Source: Planctomycetota bacterium
GTDB lineage: Bacteria; Planctomycetota; GCA-002687715; DRQF01
Direction: 5' to 3'
Assembly: GCA_027001995.1 (NCBI GenBank)
Contig: JALTLO010000058.1
Span: 1-14,164 of the forward strand
Length of the DNA: 14,164 bases
Shown: piece by piece, positions 1 through 7,613 of the stretch
How positions within the stretch are numbered: position 1 is the first letter of the stretch
How the letters are laid out: each line of letters opens with the position of its first letter
The notes under the pieces: generated by a model
What the model saw: only the letters and a program-made list of their open reading frames with translations
Told to the model about the DNA's origin: nothing
Database searches by the model: none
Translations under genes and position numbers: made by a program

Positions 1-152
1 ATGTCAACGCCTCCAAGAATTTCTGAAATTTTGCGGGCGACGCGGCCTGAAATGGATGACGACTCGTTGGCTGGCTTATCTTGGCCGGCAGCTGTTGGAG
101 CCATCAAACACATGGCGGCGAGAACGATGGAGGCTTGTTGTCGGGTGATCAT
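1..152 (-). CDS. Secreted hypothetical protein, N-terminal part only (runs off the window); third gene of the TPR operon
   Basis: ATG at 152-150 overlaps the TGA (151-149) of the upstream gene (ATGA coupling), with a GAGGGG SD just before it. The frame is open to the edge: MITRQQASIVLAAMCLMAPTAAG-QDKPANESSSISGRVARKISEILGGVD..., which has a Sec signal-peptide pattern. Not in the ORF track. Confidence 0.7.
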   Translation of the reverse strand, partial: MITRQQASIVLAAMCLMAPTAAGQDKPANESSSISGRVARKISEILGGVD

Positions 153-1768
153 CGGCTATCCCCCTCATTCCAAGTCCGAATGGCCCGCTCAAACATTTCT
201 AATCGCATGAAACAATCGCCTCGTAGTTGCCGGAGGTCCTTGAGGAATGCCTCGCTGCCGACGCCCCGAGTAATTCCATCGAGAGTCTTGAGGGCTGCTT
301 TGAACTCTCCCAGGCGCTTCTGGCAGCGGGCGATCATGTAGCGCAACTCAGCGATGAATTCGTCACTGAAGTCTTTGTTGTTCTGCAGTTTCTGTCTGGT
401 GGCAGAATCGAAAATGGTCTGAAAGGTCAGAAGAGCTTCTTGGTAGCGAGAGTCCTCGAACAAGGCGTCGCCGATCTCTCGCATGGTGGCGGTGGTCCGC
501 TCTTTCCGTTCTTTTTCGTCTGGAAGCAACTTGGGAGATTGCATGACAGCGTCGAGAAGGACGGATCGGGCTCTCTCGTGCAAGAAGAGTCCGCGGTAGG
601 CTTTACCTTGGAGGACAAGCGATTCGAAGAGATCGCGTCCTTGAGCGCCTAAGGCCACTGCGGCTCTTGAGGCGTTCAGAGCAAAGAAGGGGTTCTTTAC
701 TTCCAGATAGGTGGCAGATGATAGCAAGAGGGTGCGAATGCGGAGTTTAGGAGACTTGCAAGTGAAAATTGCTAGATTTAGATCATGAATGGCATCCCTT
801 TTGTTGCCGGAGGCGCGCCGGCATATGCCCAGGTAGAGCCAAACTTGATCGAGCAAGTCGCGGTTGTGGCGAGCGTCGTGGGTCCATTCAATTTCTTCGA
901 GCATCTTGATCGCCGCTTCATTGTTGCCGTTCTTGTGGTGCAGTTCGGCAACGTAAAATTCTGCGATGAGGCCGTCCCGGTCGTCGATTCTTCTGTCTTT
1001 CGCATATTGAATAGCTGTTTTGTAGAGGGCCAAGGCACCGCGCAGGTCATTTGTCATGAGTTTTGCTTTGGCACCCAGAATAAGAGCCTTGCCTGTATCC
1101 CGGTGGTCTGGTTCCTTGGAAAGAAAGTCGTCGACCCGAACCCTGGCCTTTTCGCTCAGGTTGGCTTTGATGGCGGCTTCAGCAGCTCGCAAAGTAACCT
1201 CGGCATAACGCTCGTGGGAGCCGTAGGCCGTGAGGAAACGCTCGTAGGCGTTGTAGGCTTGGCCCATCTTGCCTCCAGCCTCGTGGAGGCTTGCAGTGCG
1301 GAGTAAGAACTCAACCTCGTTCTCTGCGTTGTCATCACCACCGTAGGCGCTGAAGACTGCATCTAAAGATTGCTCACGAAAGAATTCGTCACTGTCTTTG
1401 TCGTCGGCTTTGGGCAGGGCACGGATGGCGATTTTCTGGGCCGACCCCAAGGTTTCCATGAAGAGCCCACAAGACATACCCAAGAGTTGGACTAACTCCT
1501 GGAGGATTATTTGTTTGCGACTGATGTCGATTTTGTTTGCTTCGAGAACTCGAGATTCTTCTGGTGAGGCGATGTCCAAAGCGAATTCGGTTTGGGTAGC
1601 CAAAACTGCCATGATGTCGAGGATTGTCGCTTGGTGGACTTCTATGTTGATGAAGAAGTCGCTTGTTCCCCGCTTCGTGACATTGATCTTGATGTCCTGA
1701 GCATTCACGTTTACGCACAGGAGGCCAATGGCGACGACAGTCAAGATTTTCATCTTAGCGATCAACAC
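149..1768 (-). CDS. Periplasmic tetratricopeptide-repeat protein with an N-terminal STN/secretin-N0-like domain
   Basis: 539 aa. Signal peptide (KILTVVAIGLLCVNVNA-Q). Residues ~40-118 (INIEVHQATILDIMAVLA...IDISRKQIILQELVQLLGMSCGL) resemble the STN/N0 pattern. Many TPR-like helix pairs follow (GQAYNAYERFLTAY, ALALYKTAI, WLYLGICRRASGNKRDAIHDL, YMIARCQKRLGEFKAALKTL, LRGDCFMRLEMFERAIRTW). GAGGAG SD before GTG 1768; alternative ATG at 1753. Confidence 0.8.
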   Translation of the reverse strand: MLIAKMKILTVVAIGLLCVNVNAQDIKINVTKRGTSDFFINIEVHQATILDIMAVLATQTEFALDIASPEESRVLEANKIDISRKQIILQELVQLLGMSCGLFMETLGSAQKIAIRALPKADDKDSDEFFREQSLDAVFSAYGGDDNAENEVEFLLRTASLHEAGGKMGQAYNAYERFLTAYGSHERYAEVTLRAAEAAIKANLSEKARVRVDDFLSKEPDHRDTGKALILGAKAKLMTNDLRGALALYKTAIQYAKDRRIDDRDGLIAEFYVAELHHKNGNNEAAIKMLEEIEWTHDARHNRDLLDQVWLYLGICRRASGNKRDAIHDLNLAIFTCKSPKLRIRTLLLSSATYLEVKNPFFALNASRAAVALGAQGRDLFESLVLQGKAYRGLFLHERARSVLLDAVMQSPKLLPDEKERKERTTATMREIGDALFEDSRYQEALLTFQTIFDSATRQKLQNNKDFSDEFIAELRYMIARCQKRLGEFKAALKTLDGITRGVGSEAFLKDLRQLRGDCFMRLEMFERAIRTWNEGDSR

Positions 1769-2552
1769 GGAAGAACTCCTCTGGATCGGTGAGTGAGGCG
1801 GACTCCTCTTGGCTGTGTCTTTGAGAATATTCGGTCTTCCAACTGTCCGCGATTCGGCGGCCGGCAGCGGTGACGTAGCGTTCGCCTTTTTCTCCCAGAG
1901 TGTCGGACGTCAACAAAAAGCGGGCGAATTCCATACGGGCTTCGACGTGCTTGCCTTCCCGATAGAGTTTTTCAGCGCGGTTGAAGATTGGGAGAGAGGC
2001 CCCCAACTCCGTCTGCTTGGAGAGAATGTAGTCTCTCAAGATTTGGGCAACCTTGGGATTGCCTTTGGCATCCTCGATCCGCGCCAAACCTTCGTAGATG
2101 TCGACAGTCAGATTGATGTCACTTGTGGCTTCGAGGTTGGCCCGTAGTCTGGCACTTTCAAAAAATCGTGTCGCTTGAGCCAGGTCTCCTTCGTCAATAG
2201 CTCCGTCGCCGAATTGAACAAGCTCACGAGCAGAAAGGGAAGGGTCGACGCCCAGTTCGTCTAGTTCTGAGACTTCTTCTTCGACGGGCACTTCAGCAGT
2301 GATGCCACCCTTTAAGCCCACATAAGCTCCTGCGGCGACGGCGGCAAAGATCAGGACACCCAAGATCTTGAACAAGATTGCTTTCTTGTCGAATTTCTTC
2401 TCTTTGACCTCTTGGAGTTTGGTCTTCGTACCTTCAGCTTCACCGGACTCTTCAGAAGATGCTTCAGCTTCTTTTGCTTCCGCATCTGGCTTAGCTTGGG
2501 CTTCTTCCTTGGCCTTTGCTGTGTCTTTCGTTTTCTCTTCGGTCTTAGCCAT
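1755..2552 (-). CDS. Single-pass membrane protein with a charged N-terminus and TPR-like C-terminal region
   Basis: 265 aa. Lys/Glu/Ala-rich N-terminus, one TM helix (ILFKILGVLIFAAVAAGAYVGL), then TPR-like segments (LVQFGDGAIDEGDLAQATRFFESA; IYEGLARIEDAKGNPKVA; FNRAEKLYREGKHVEARMEF). Overlaps the start of the next gene. Confidence 0.75.
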   Translation of the reverse strand: MAKTEEKTKDTAKAKEEAQAKPDAEAKEAEASSEESGEAEGTKTKLQEVKEKKFDKKAILFKILGVLIFAAVAAGAYVGLKGGITAEVPVEEEVSELDELGVDPSLSARELVQFGDGAIDEGDLAQATRFFESARLRANLEATSDINLTVDIYEGLARIEDAKGNPKVAQILRDYILSKQTELGASLPIFNRAEKLYREGKHVEARMEFARFLLTSDTLGEKGERYVTAAGRRIADSWKTEYSQRHSQEESASLTDPEEFFRVDR

Positions 2553-2596
2553 GGTTTCGTTCGCTTGTGCTACTCGTTATTCCTTAACTTGCTGAG

Positions 2597-2612
2597 AGCA
2601 ACGTTCATGCCG
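2597..2612 (-). promoter_or_regulatory. sigma54 (RpoN) -24/-12 promoter for the TPR operon
   Basis: Minus strand reads CGGCATGAACGTTGCT = GG-N10-GC, matching TGGCAC-N5-TTGC(A/T). It is intergenic, ~45 nt upstream of the ATG at 2552. Confidence 0.8.
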
Positions 2613-2717
2613 TTTCTTTTGTGTCTTATCGCTTCGGTGGAAGTTCTTGTTGGGGCATCACTTGTGACTGGCCGTTCGTAAACAGCGCAATCTTCAATCG
2701 ATTCTGACGTGGTGGAT

Positions 2718-4112
2718 TCAGACGGACTGTCTAACTTTCGAACAGTCGTCCCTTTGGAGGCCGTAGTCCCGCATTTTGTTGTAGAGAGTGCTACGGTTGA
2801 TACCCAAGATGTTCGCCGACCGTGTGATATTGAAACGAGTTTCGTTGAGAACCATGCGTATGAGCTCGCTTTCCATGCCTCGGAGGCTCATGTCTTTGAG
2901 GTCTAAGGAGTCGACTTCGGAATGTTCTTCCATTTCTGTATCTGGAATGGTCAGGTGGCGTTTTTCAATTGCTTCACCGTCACAGACGATGGCGGCGTAT
3001 TCGCAGACGTTACGCAGTTCTCGGATGTTCCCAGGCCAGGGATAGCGTGCCAAACGCTGGTGCGCTTCTGCCGAGAAGCCGCGAATGTTTTTTCCCATTT
3101 CATTGGCAAACTTTTCCAAGAAGTAGGAACAGAGTTCGGGGATGTCTTCGACGCGGTCACGCAATGGGGGGACGTGCACAGGGACGACGTTCAAGCGATA
3201 GAATAGGTCGGCCCGAAATCGGCTTTCACTGACCTCGTGGCGCAGGTCACGGTTGGTGGCGGCAATAATGCGAACATCGACCTCGATGTCGGTGACTCCG
3301 CCAACTCGCTTGATACGATTTTCTTGCAAAACACGAAGGAGTCTGGCTTGCAATCCTGGAGCCAATTCGCCTACTTCGTCTAAGAAGAGGGTGCCGCCAT
3401 CTGCGGCGTCGAAAAGGCCTTTTTTGCCCGAAGCTAATGCTCCGGTGAAGGCTCCAGCTTCGTAGCCGAAGAGTTCGGCTTCCAGGAGGTTTTCCGTCAG
3501 GGTCGCACAGTTGATGGCCAAGAACGGCCCATCCTTGCGGGCTCCATCGTAGTGGATAGCACGGGCGATGAGCTCTTTACCTGTACCACTTTCTCCTTCG
3601 ATGAGAACGGTAGCCTTTGGTGCTTGAATCACCAAGTCCAAGGATCGAAGCAGTGACATAAGAGGCTTACTGCTGCCGACGATGGGAGGACGTGCCAGAG
3701 GGTCACCGGAGTTGGAGTTTGTTTTCTTGCTTGACTGTGCCCGACGATCAGCCAGAGCTTTGCCAATGATGGCTGAGAGATGCCCGGAATATGCGGGCTT
3801 TTCTATTACATCTACGGCACCTCCATTCACGGCTTCCACAACATCTTGTATGGCAGGGTCTTGGGCACAAACCACACAAACAGATTTGTTGGCGATGACT
3901 TCCTCAGCCTGAAGAAGGTCCATGGCCCGGCCGTCTTCCAGTTCATTAGTCATGATGATAGCTGTTGGAGGGCGGCGCCGAATCTCTGCCTTGGCGTGGG
4001 AGAAGTCGGTGACAACCTTGACTTCGAAGCCTTCTTGGCGAAAAGTTGCTTCCAATTCAGCGGTGTGCGTGTGGTCGTTATCCACAATCAGCATAGATGG
4101 CTTAGTTTGCAT
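2718..4112 (-). CDS. sigma54-dependent enhancer-binding protein (NtrC/FleQ-FlrC family): atypical receiver + AAA+ + Fis-type HTH
   Basis: Walker A GESGTGKE, GAFTGA loop (FGYEAGAFTGA), Walker B TLFLDEVGE, RIIAATNRDL, FRADLFYRLNV, WPGNIRELRN and C-terminal HTH (NITRSANILGINRSTLYNKM). ATG 4112 is preferred because the receiver beta1 MLIVDND follows directly; GTG 4142 is possible. Confidence 0.95.
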   Translation of the reverse strand: MQTKPSMLIVDNDHTHTAELEATFRQEGFEVKVVTDFSHAKAEIRRRPPTAIIMTNELEDGRAMDLLQAEEVIANKSVCVVCAQDPAIQDVVEAVNGGAVDVIEKPAYSGHLSAIIGKALADRRAQSSKKTNSNSGDPLARPPIVGSSKPLMSLLRSLDLVIQAPKATVLIEGESGTGKELIARAIHYDGARKDGPFLAINCATLTENLLEAELFGYEAGAFTGALASGKKGLFDAADGGTLFLDEVGELAPGLQARLLRVLQENRIKRVGGVTDIEVDVRIIAATNRDLRHEVSESRFRADLFYRLNVVPVHVPPLRDRVEDIPELCSYFLEKFANEMGKNIRGFSAEAHQRLARYPWPGNIRELRNVCEYAAIVCDGEAIEKRHLTIPDTEMEEHSEVDSLDLKDMSLRGMESELIRMVLNETRFNITRSANILGINRSTLYNKMRDYGLQRDDCSKVRQSV

Positions 4113-4257
4113 AAAAACAGCTCTCTCTTCTCTGCGCAACACCTCAGATCTCTCAAATCTCAGTCACATGGGAGGCGTTGCATGTTGCACCACTTTCATC
4201 GGCTCAAATCTTCCCCCACATGAAATAATTTCCATTCAATAGTGATACAAAACCCAA

Positions 4258-4284
4258 CACTCGGATGAATAGTAAGATTTATGA
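4258..4284 (-). promoter_or_regulatory. Putative sigma28-type promoter facing the sigma54 activator gene
   Basis: Minus strand TCAT-N15-TCCGAGTG. It contains the same ATTCATCCGA 10-mer (4261-4270) in the same register as the fliC and fliD promoters. Confidence 0.45.
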
Positions 4285-4560
4285 GTGTGGAGAGATGGCG
4301 ATTCTGCGATCTACAGCCGGATTCAGTCAGTCCTGTTAGGAGAAGACCAAGCGTTCAAAAAATCCACACGGGTTGCATAAACGAGAAAACTCCGGCGGCG
4401 CTTTTTGGGTATGGGAAGTGATTGCTCGGTGGTGGCCGAGCTCACCAGCTTCCTTCCCTTGTCTAGAGAAGGGAGAAAAGGGTGAAGTATGAGGCGTCCT
4501 GGTATCGTGACCTAGCCTCAAGAATCTTGGGTATTTTCTGATTTGCCGGGAGTTTCTGAC

Positions 4561-4587
4561 TAAAGCGGCCTCTGATTCATCCGATTA
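4561..4587 (+). promoter_or_regulatory. sigma28 (FliA) promoter of flagellin
   Basis: TAAA(4561-4564)-N15-TCCGATTA(4580-4587) vs consensus TAAA-N15-GCCGATAA, ~120 nt upstream of the fliC ATG. Confidence 0.8.
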
Positions 4588-4708
4588 CAATCCAGCGAAG
4601 AAGCTCTTTTGGAAAAGGAGCACTCACCGTCAGCGGCTCAGATGAGCCAGTGAGGATTTGACGACCCTCATTCAGGCGAAGGCGGCGAGACGTACCGAGG
4701 AGGAAATC

Positions 4709-5542
4709 ATGGGACTTAGAATCCAAACCAATGTGGCGTCATTGAACGCACAAAGAAATCTCTCAGGAGCAAGCAAGGAACTTGCGGCATCTTTCCGCCG
4801 TTTGTCTACTGGGCTCCGTATCTCGACTGCTGCGGATGACGCCGCCGGCCTCGCTATTAGTGAGCGCTTGCGGGCACGAATTCGCAGCATTCAGCAGTCT
4901 GAAAGAAACGCCAACGATGGCATTTCTTTGGTACAGACTGCGGAAGGCGCATTAGATGAGGTGAATAGTATTCTCATCCGTATGCGAGAACTCTCCATTC
5001 AAGCTGCCAATGGCACCTTGGCCACGGAGGACCAAAATACTCTCAACGAAGAGTTTCAAGCGATCAAGAACGAAATTGACCGTATTGCGCAGGCAACCAG
5101 TTTCTCTGGTCTGGATCTGCTCAACGGAACAACTGCGGCCATTCGCTTGCAAATTGGCCCAGGGACGACAGCGGGTGTTGACACCTTGGATGTCTCTCTG
5201 GTGGCTACAACTGCCAGCAACTTGGGAATTGCAACTCTGGGTATAGGCGCGACCTACACCGATAAAACCGTGGCGATCGATGGCATTGACACAGCGATCA
5301 ATTCTGTGACTCAATTGCGCGGTAGCTTGGGCGCTACTCAAAACCGTCTGGAAAGCACCATCGCTCAGTTGCAAATTGATGAAGAGAACCTGTCTGCAGC
5401 GGAATCTCGTATCCGTGATCTCGACATCGCGAAGGAAACAGCAAACCTGACCAGGGCTTCGATCCTACAGCAGGCGGCTATTTCCATTCTGCAACAGGCG
5501 AATGTTCAGCCTCAAAGCGCACTGTCTTTGCTGCAGGGTTAA
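4709..5542 (+). CDS. fliC: Flagellin (short, 277 aa)
   Basis: N-terminus MGLRIQTNVASLNAQRNL...RRLSTGLRISTAADDAAGLAIS...RNANDGISLVQTAEGALDEV; C-terminus LGATQNRLE...ENLSAAESRIRDLDIAKE...ILQQA...QANVQPQSALSLL. Strong SD GAGGAGGA (4697-4704) before ATG 4709. Confidence 0.98.
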   Translation: MGLRIQTNVASLNAQRNLSGASKELAASFRRLSTGLRISTAADDAAGLAISERLRARIRSIQQSERNANDGISLVQTAEGALDEVNSILIRMRELSIQAANGTLATEDQNTLNEEFQAIKNEIDRIAQATSFSGLDLLNGTTAAIRLQIGPGTTAGVDTLDVSLVATTASNLGIATLGIGATYTDKTVAIDGIDTAINSVTQLRGSLGATQNRLESTIAQLQIDEENLSAAESRIRDLDIAKETANLTRASILQQAAISILQQANVQPQSALSLLQG

Positions 5543-5551
5543 TCAAACACA

Positions 5552-5663
5552 GGACATCGGGGTGATTCCTAAGTTCCCCGCGATGCCCTTCACCTCCTCG
5601 GTGAGGTCGCTGGTTGCATGAAGATGCAATCAGCGGCCTATATACCCGGAAATTTTCGGGTAT
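5552..5663 (+). terminator. Cluster of four stem-loops after fliC (terminator/mRNA-stabilising region)
   Basis: Hairpins at ~5552-5588, 5588-5606 (cttcacc/ggtgagg), 5605-5638 (ggtcgctggttgcat-GAAG-atgcaatcagcggcc) and 5642-5663 (atacccggaa/tttcgggtat). No clean U-tract. Confidence 0.5.
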
Positions 5664-5698
5664 CAGAGGAAAAGCGTGACCATGTCAAGAATGGTCTC

Positions 5699-5725
5699 TC
5701 AGGAATGGCTGGATTCATCCGAAAA
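5699..5725 (+). promoter_or_regulatory. Putative sigma28 promoter of fliD-fliS-fliT
   Basis: TCAG(5699-5702)-N15-TCCGAAAA(5718-5725). Shares GATTCATCCGA (5712-5722) exactly with the fliC promoter (4574-4584). Confidence 0.65.
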
Positions 5726-5782
5726 TAGAGCAGGCCTCCATTTGGGGTCAGCAGTTTGTCCGGTCAGTAATAGGAGTATCTC

Positions 5783-7144
5783 ATGGGGAGCATTAGTTTT
5801 GGCGGTCTCGCCACTGGGCTTGATACAGGAGCGATCATTCAACAGCTCTTGGCAATCGAAGCTCGGCCGCTTCAAAGACTTGAGAGCCAACGTCGCGACC
5901 TGGTGTCAAAACGAGGCCAGTTTGATACTTTTAAGGCGAAACTGAAGACGCTCTCCGACAGGTTTCAGAAGCTCAAGGATGACAACGATACACTGAGGCT
6001 CTTTAAGGGCAGCTCCACTGACGAAGAAGTCGTCAAGATATCGGCGGAAGGCGCAGCGGTACCAGGCCAGTTTGCGGTAACAGTGAATAGTTTGGCTAAG
6101 GCTCAAAGTTTAGGGTACACCTCACAGCTCGCTGACGCTGACACAGATACTTTCACCAAGAGCGGAGCCATTGATATTTCAATTGGCGGTGGCGCTGCTA
6201 CGACGATCAATATCGATGTGGGTGATACACTTCAGGATGCTCGGGATAAGATCAATGCAGGGGACGCTGGTGTCCGGGCATCGATCATCAATGATGGCAC
6301 TAACTTTCAGCTTGTGATCTCTTCGACAAAGACGGGAACCGACAACGCCTTTAGTTTGAGCGCGACCGGTTTTCAACCAGACGAAACGCCCTTTGCTAGT
6401 ACTCCCCTTAATCTGAGTACTGCAGCGAACGCGTCTTTTGATATTGATGGTCTGTCCATTACCAGTCAAAGCAATAAAGTCACAGAAGCTGTGGAAGGTG
6501 TAACCTTCGAATTGGTGAACACGAGCGCTCCAGGAACAAGCGTAGACGTCTCCATCGCAAGAGACAACTCGGCCATTGGTGACAAGCTTGATGAAGTCGT
6601 TGAAGCGTACAATGATGTACTGAGTTTCATTGACGCTCAATCGGACAAGAGTGACATTGGCCTTCGGTCCATCAAGAATCAACTCAGGAACGCCGTGAGC
6701 ACGACCTATGATCAAGCCGATTTCGGTTTTGTCGCTTTGGCCCAGGTTGGCATCAAGACGAACGCCGGTGGGCGTTTAGAACTTGATCGAGGCGATCTCG
6801 ATACCGCTTTGGATAACAACTTTGAAGATGTCATCGAATTCTTCAATGGCAAAGCTGACGGATCTTTAGGGGGCATTGCTTCGGTCTTTGACACCGTCTT
6901 GAATGGCGATCCCAATGATCCAAGCATCAAAGGAATTCTTACGTCCGGTGAAGGGCTGCTTGCCGCTCGCCAAGAATCCCTATCTGCACGCATCCGATCG
7001 TTGGATCAACGCATCGACAATGGCGCTTTGCGACTAGAAAGAAAAGAAACAACTCTCACCCGAAGATTTGCTTCGTTTGAGGAACTCACTTCTCAGTATC
7101 AAGCACAGGGAAGTTTTCTCGCCGCCCAAGCGGCTCAGTTTTAG
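5783..7144 (+). CDS. fliD: Flagellar filament cap protein FliD (HAP2)
   Basis: N-terminus MGSISFGGLATGLDTGAIIQQLLAIEARPL; internal VNSLAKAQ, DARDKINA..GVRASIINDG, SQSNKVTEAVEGVTFEL, LAQVGIKT; C-terminal coiled coil ending RRFASFE. AGGAG SD at 5772-5776; follows fliC. Confidence 0.97.
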   Translation: MGSISFGGLATGLDTGAIIQQLLAIEARPLQRLESQRRDLVSKRGQFDTFKAKLKTLSDRFQKLKDDNDTLRLFKGSSTDEEVVKISAEGAAVPGQFAVTVNSLAKAQSLGYTSQLADADTDTFTKSGAIDISIGGGAATTINIDVGDTLQDARDKINAGDAGVRASIINDGTNFQLVISSTKTGTDNAFSLSATGFQPDETPFASTPLNLSTAANASFDIDGLSITSQSNKVTEAVEGVTFELVNTSAPGTSVDVSIARDNSAIGDKLDEVVEAYNDVLSFIDAQSDKSDIGLRSIKNQLRNAVSTTYDQADFGFVALAQVGIKTNAGGRLELDRGDLDTALDNNFEDVIEFFNGKADGSLGGIASVFDTVLNGDPNDPSIKGILTSGEGLLAARQESLSARIRSLDQRIDNGALRLERKETTLTRRFASFEELTSQYQAQGSFLAAQAAQF

Positions 7145-7207
7145 ATAGATTTAATGGGCACATCTTTGGTGATGGCCTGAGGCGGGACCAAGAGGAAGGG
7201 CAAAGTT

Positions 7208-7594
7208 TTGGCACCAGTGAACGCAACACTCGAATATACGAAGAATGCCGTGATGACGGCTTCGAAGGCCAAGCTCATCGTCATGTTGTATGACGGAGCA
7301 ATTCGCTTCGCGGAGCAAGCTCGTTTCAACGGCAATCGTGGCAACTACGCCGCCTGCGGCACAGCAATCAGCAATTGCTATAATATTGTTTCTGAGCTGA
7401 AAGTAGCTCTGGATCCTGAACCCGGCGGCGAGATTGGCAAAAAGATCACAGAAGATCTGTCTGCTCTTTATGCGTATGTCTTGGAGCAGCTCGTTGAAGC
7501 GAATGTCGAACGCAATATGGATAACATCGGCAACGTACTTGAGGTCCTCACGGTCCTAAAAGAAGGCTGGGATGGCGCGGCCCAACAGATCTGA
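7208..7594 (+). CDS. fliS: Flagellin export chaperone FliS
   Basis: YTKNAVMTASKAKLIVMLYDGAIRF...IVSELKVALD...LSALYAYV...LKEGW is the FliS signature. TTG start with upstream GAGGA; directly after fliD. Confidence 0.95.
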   Translation: MAPVNATLEYTKNAVMTASKAKLIVMLYDGAIRFAEQARFNGNRGNYAACGTAISNCYNIVSELKVALDPEPGGEIGKKITEDLSALYAYVLEQLVEANVERNMDNIGNVLEVLTVLKEGWDGAAQQI

Positions 7595-7613
7595 GAAAAG
7601 GACCATTGCCGGA

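Noticed and set aside
2658..2703. Short palindromes TCACTTGTGA and AATCGATT as enhancer (UAS) sites for the sigma54 promoter
   Set aside because: Too short and not repeated; compatible with chance.
4336..4521. 61-aa ORF in the activator-fliC intergenic region
   Set aside because: No convincing SD or motif; probably regulatory DNA.
4143..4700. c-di-GMP (GEMM) riboswitch in the flagellar leaders
   Set aside because: I could not find the GCAAA..GNRA..GACGCAAAG core by eye.
4658..4708. 17-aa N-terminal extension of flagellin from TTG 4658
   Set aside because: Flagellin homology and the strong SD point to ATG 4709.
7207..7224. TTGGCAC at the fliS start as a sigma54 -24 box
   Set aside because: No GC at the required N10 spacing, and it overlaps the start codon.
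7572..7613. Upstream ATG for fliT overlapping fliS
   Set aside because: ATG 7614 has an AAGGA SD and avoids the overlap.
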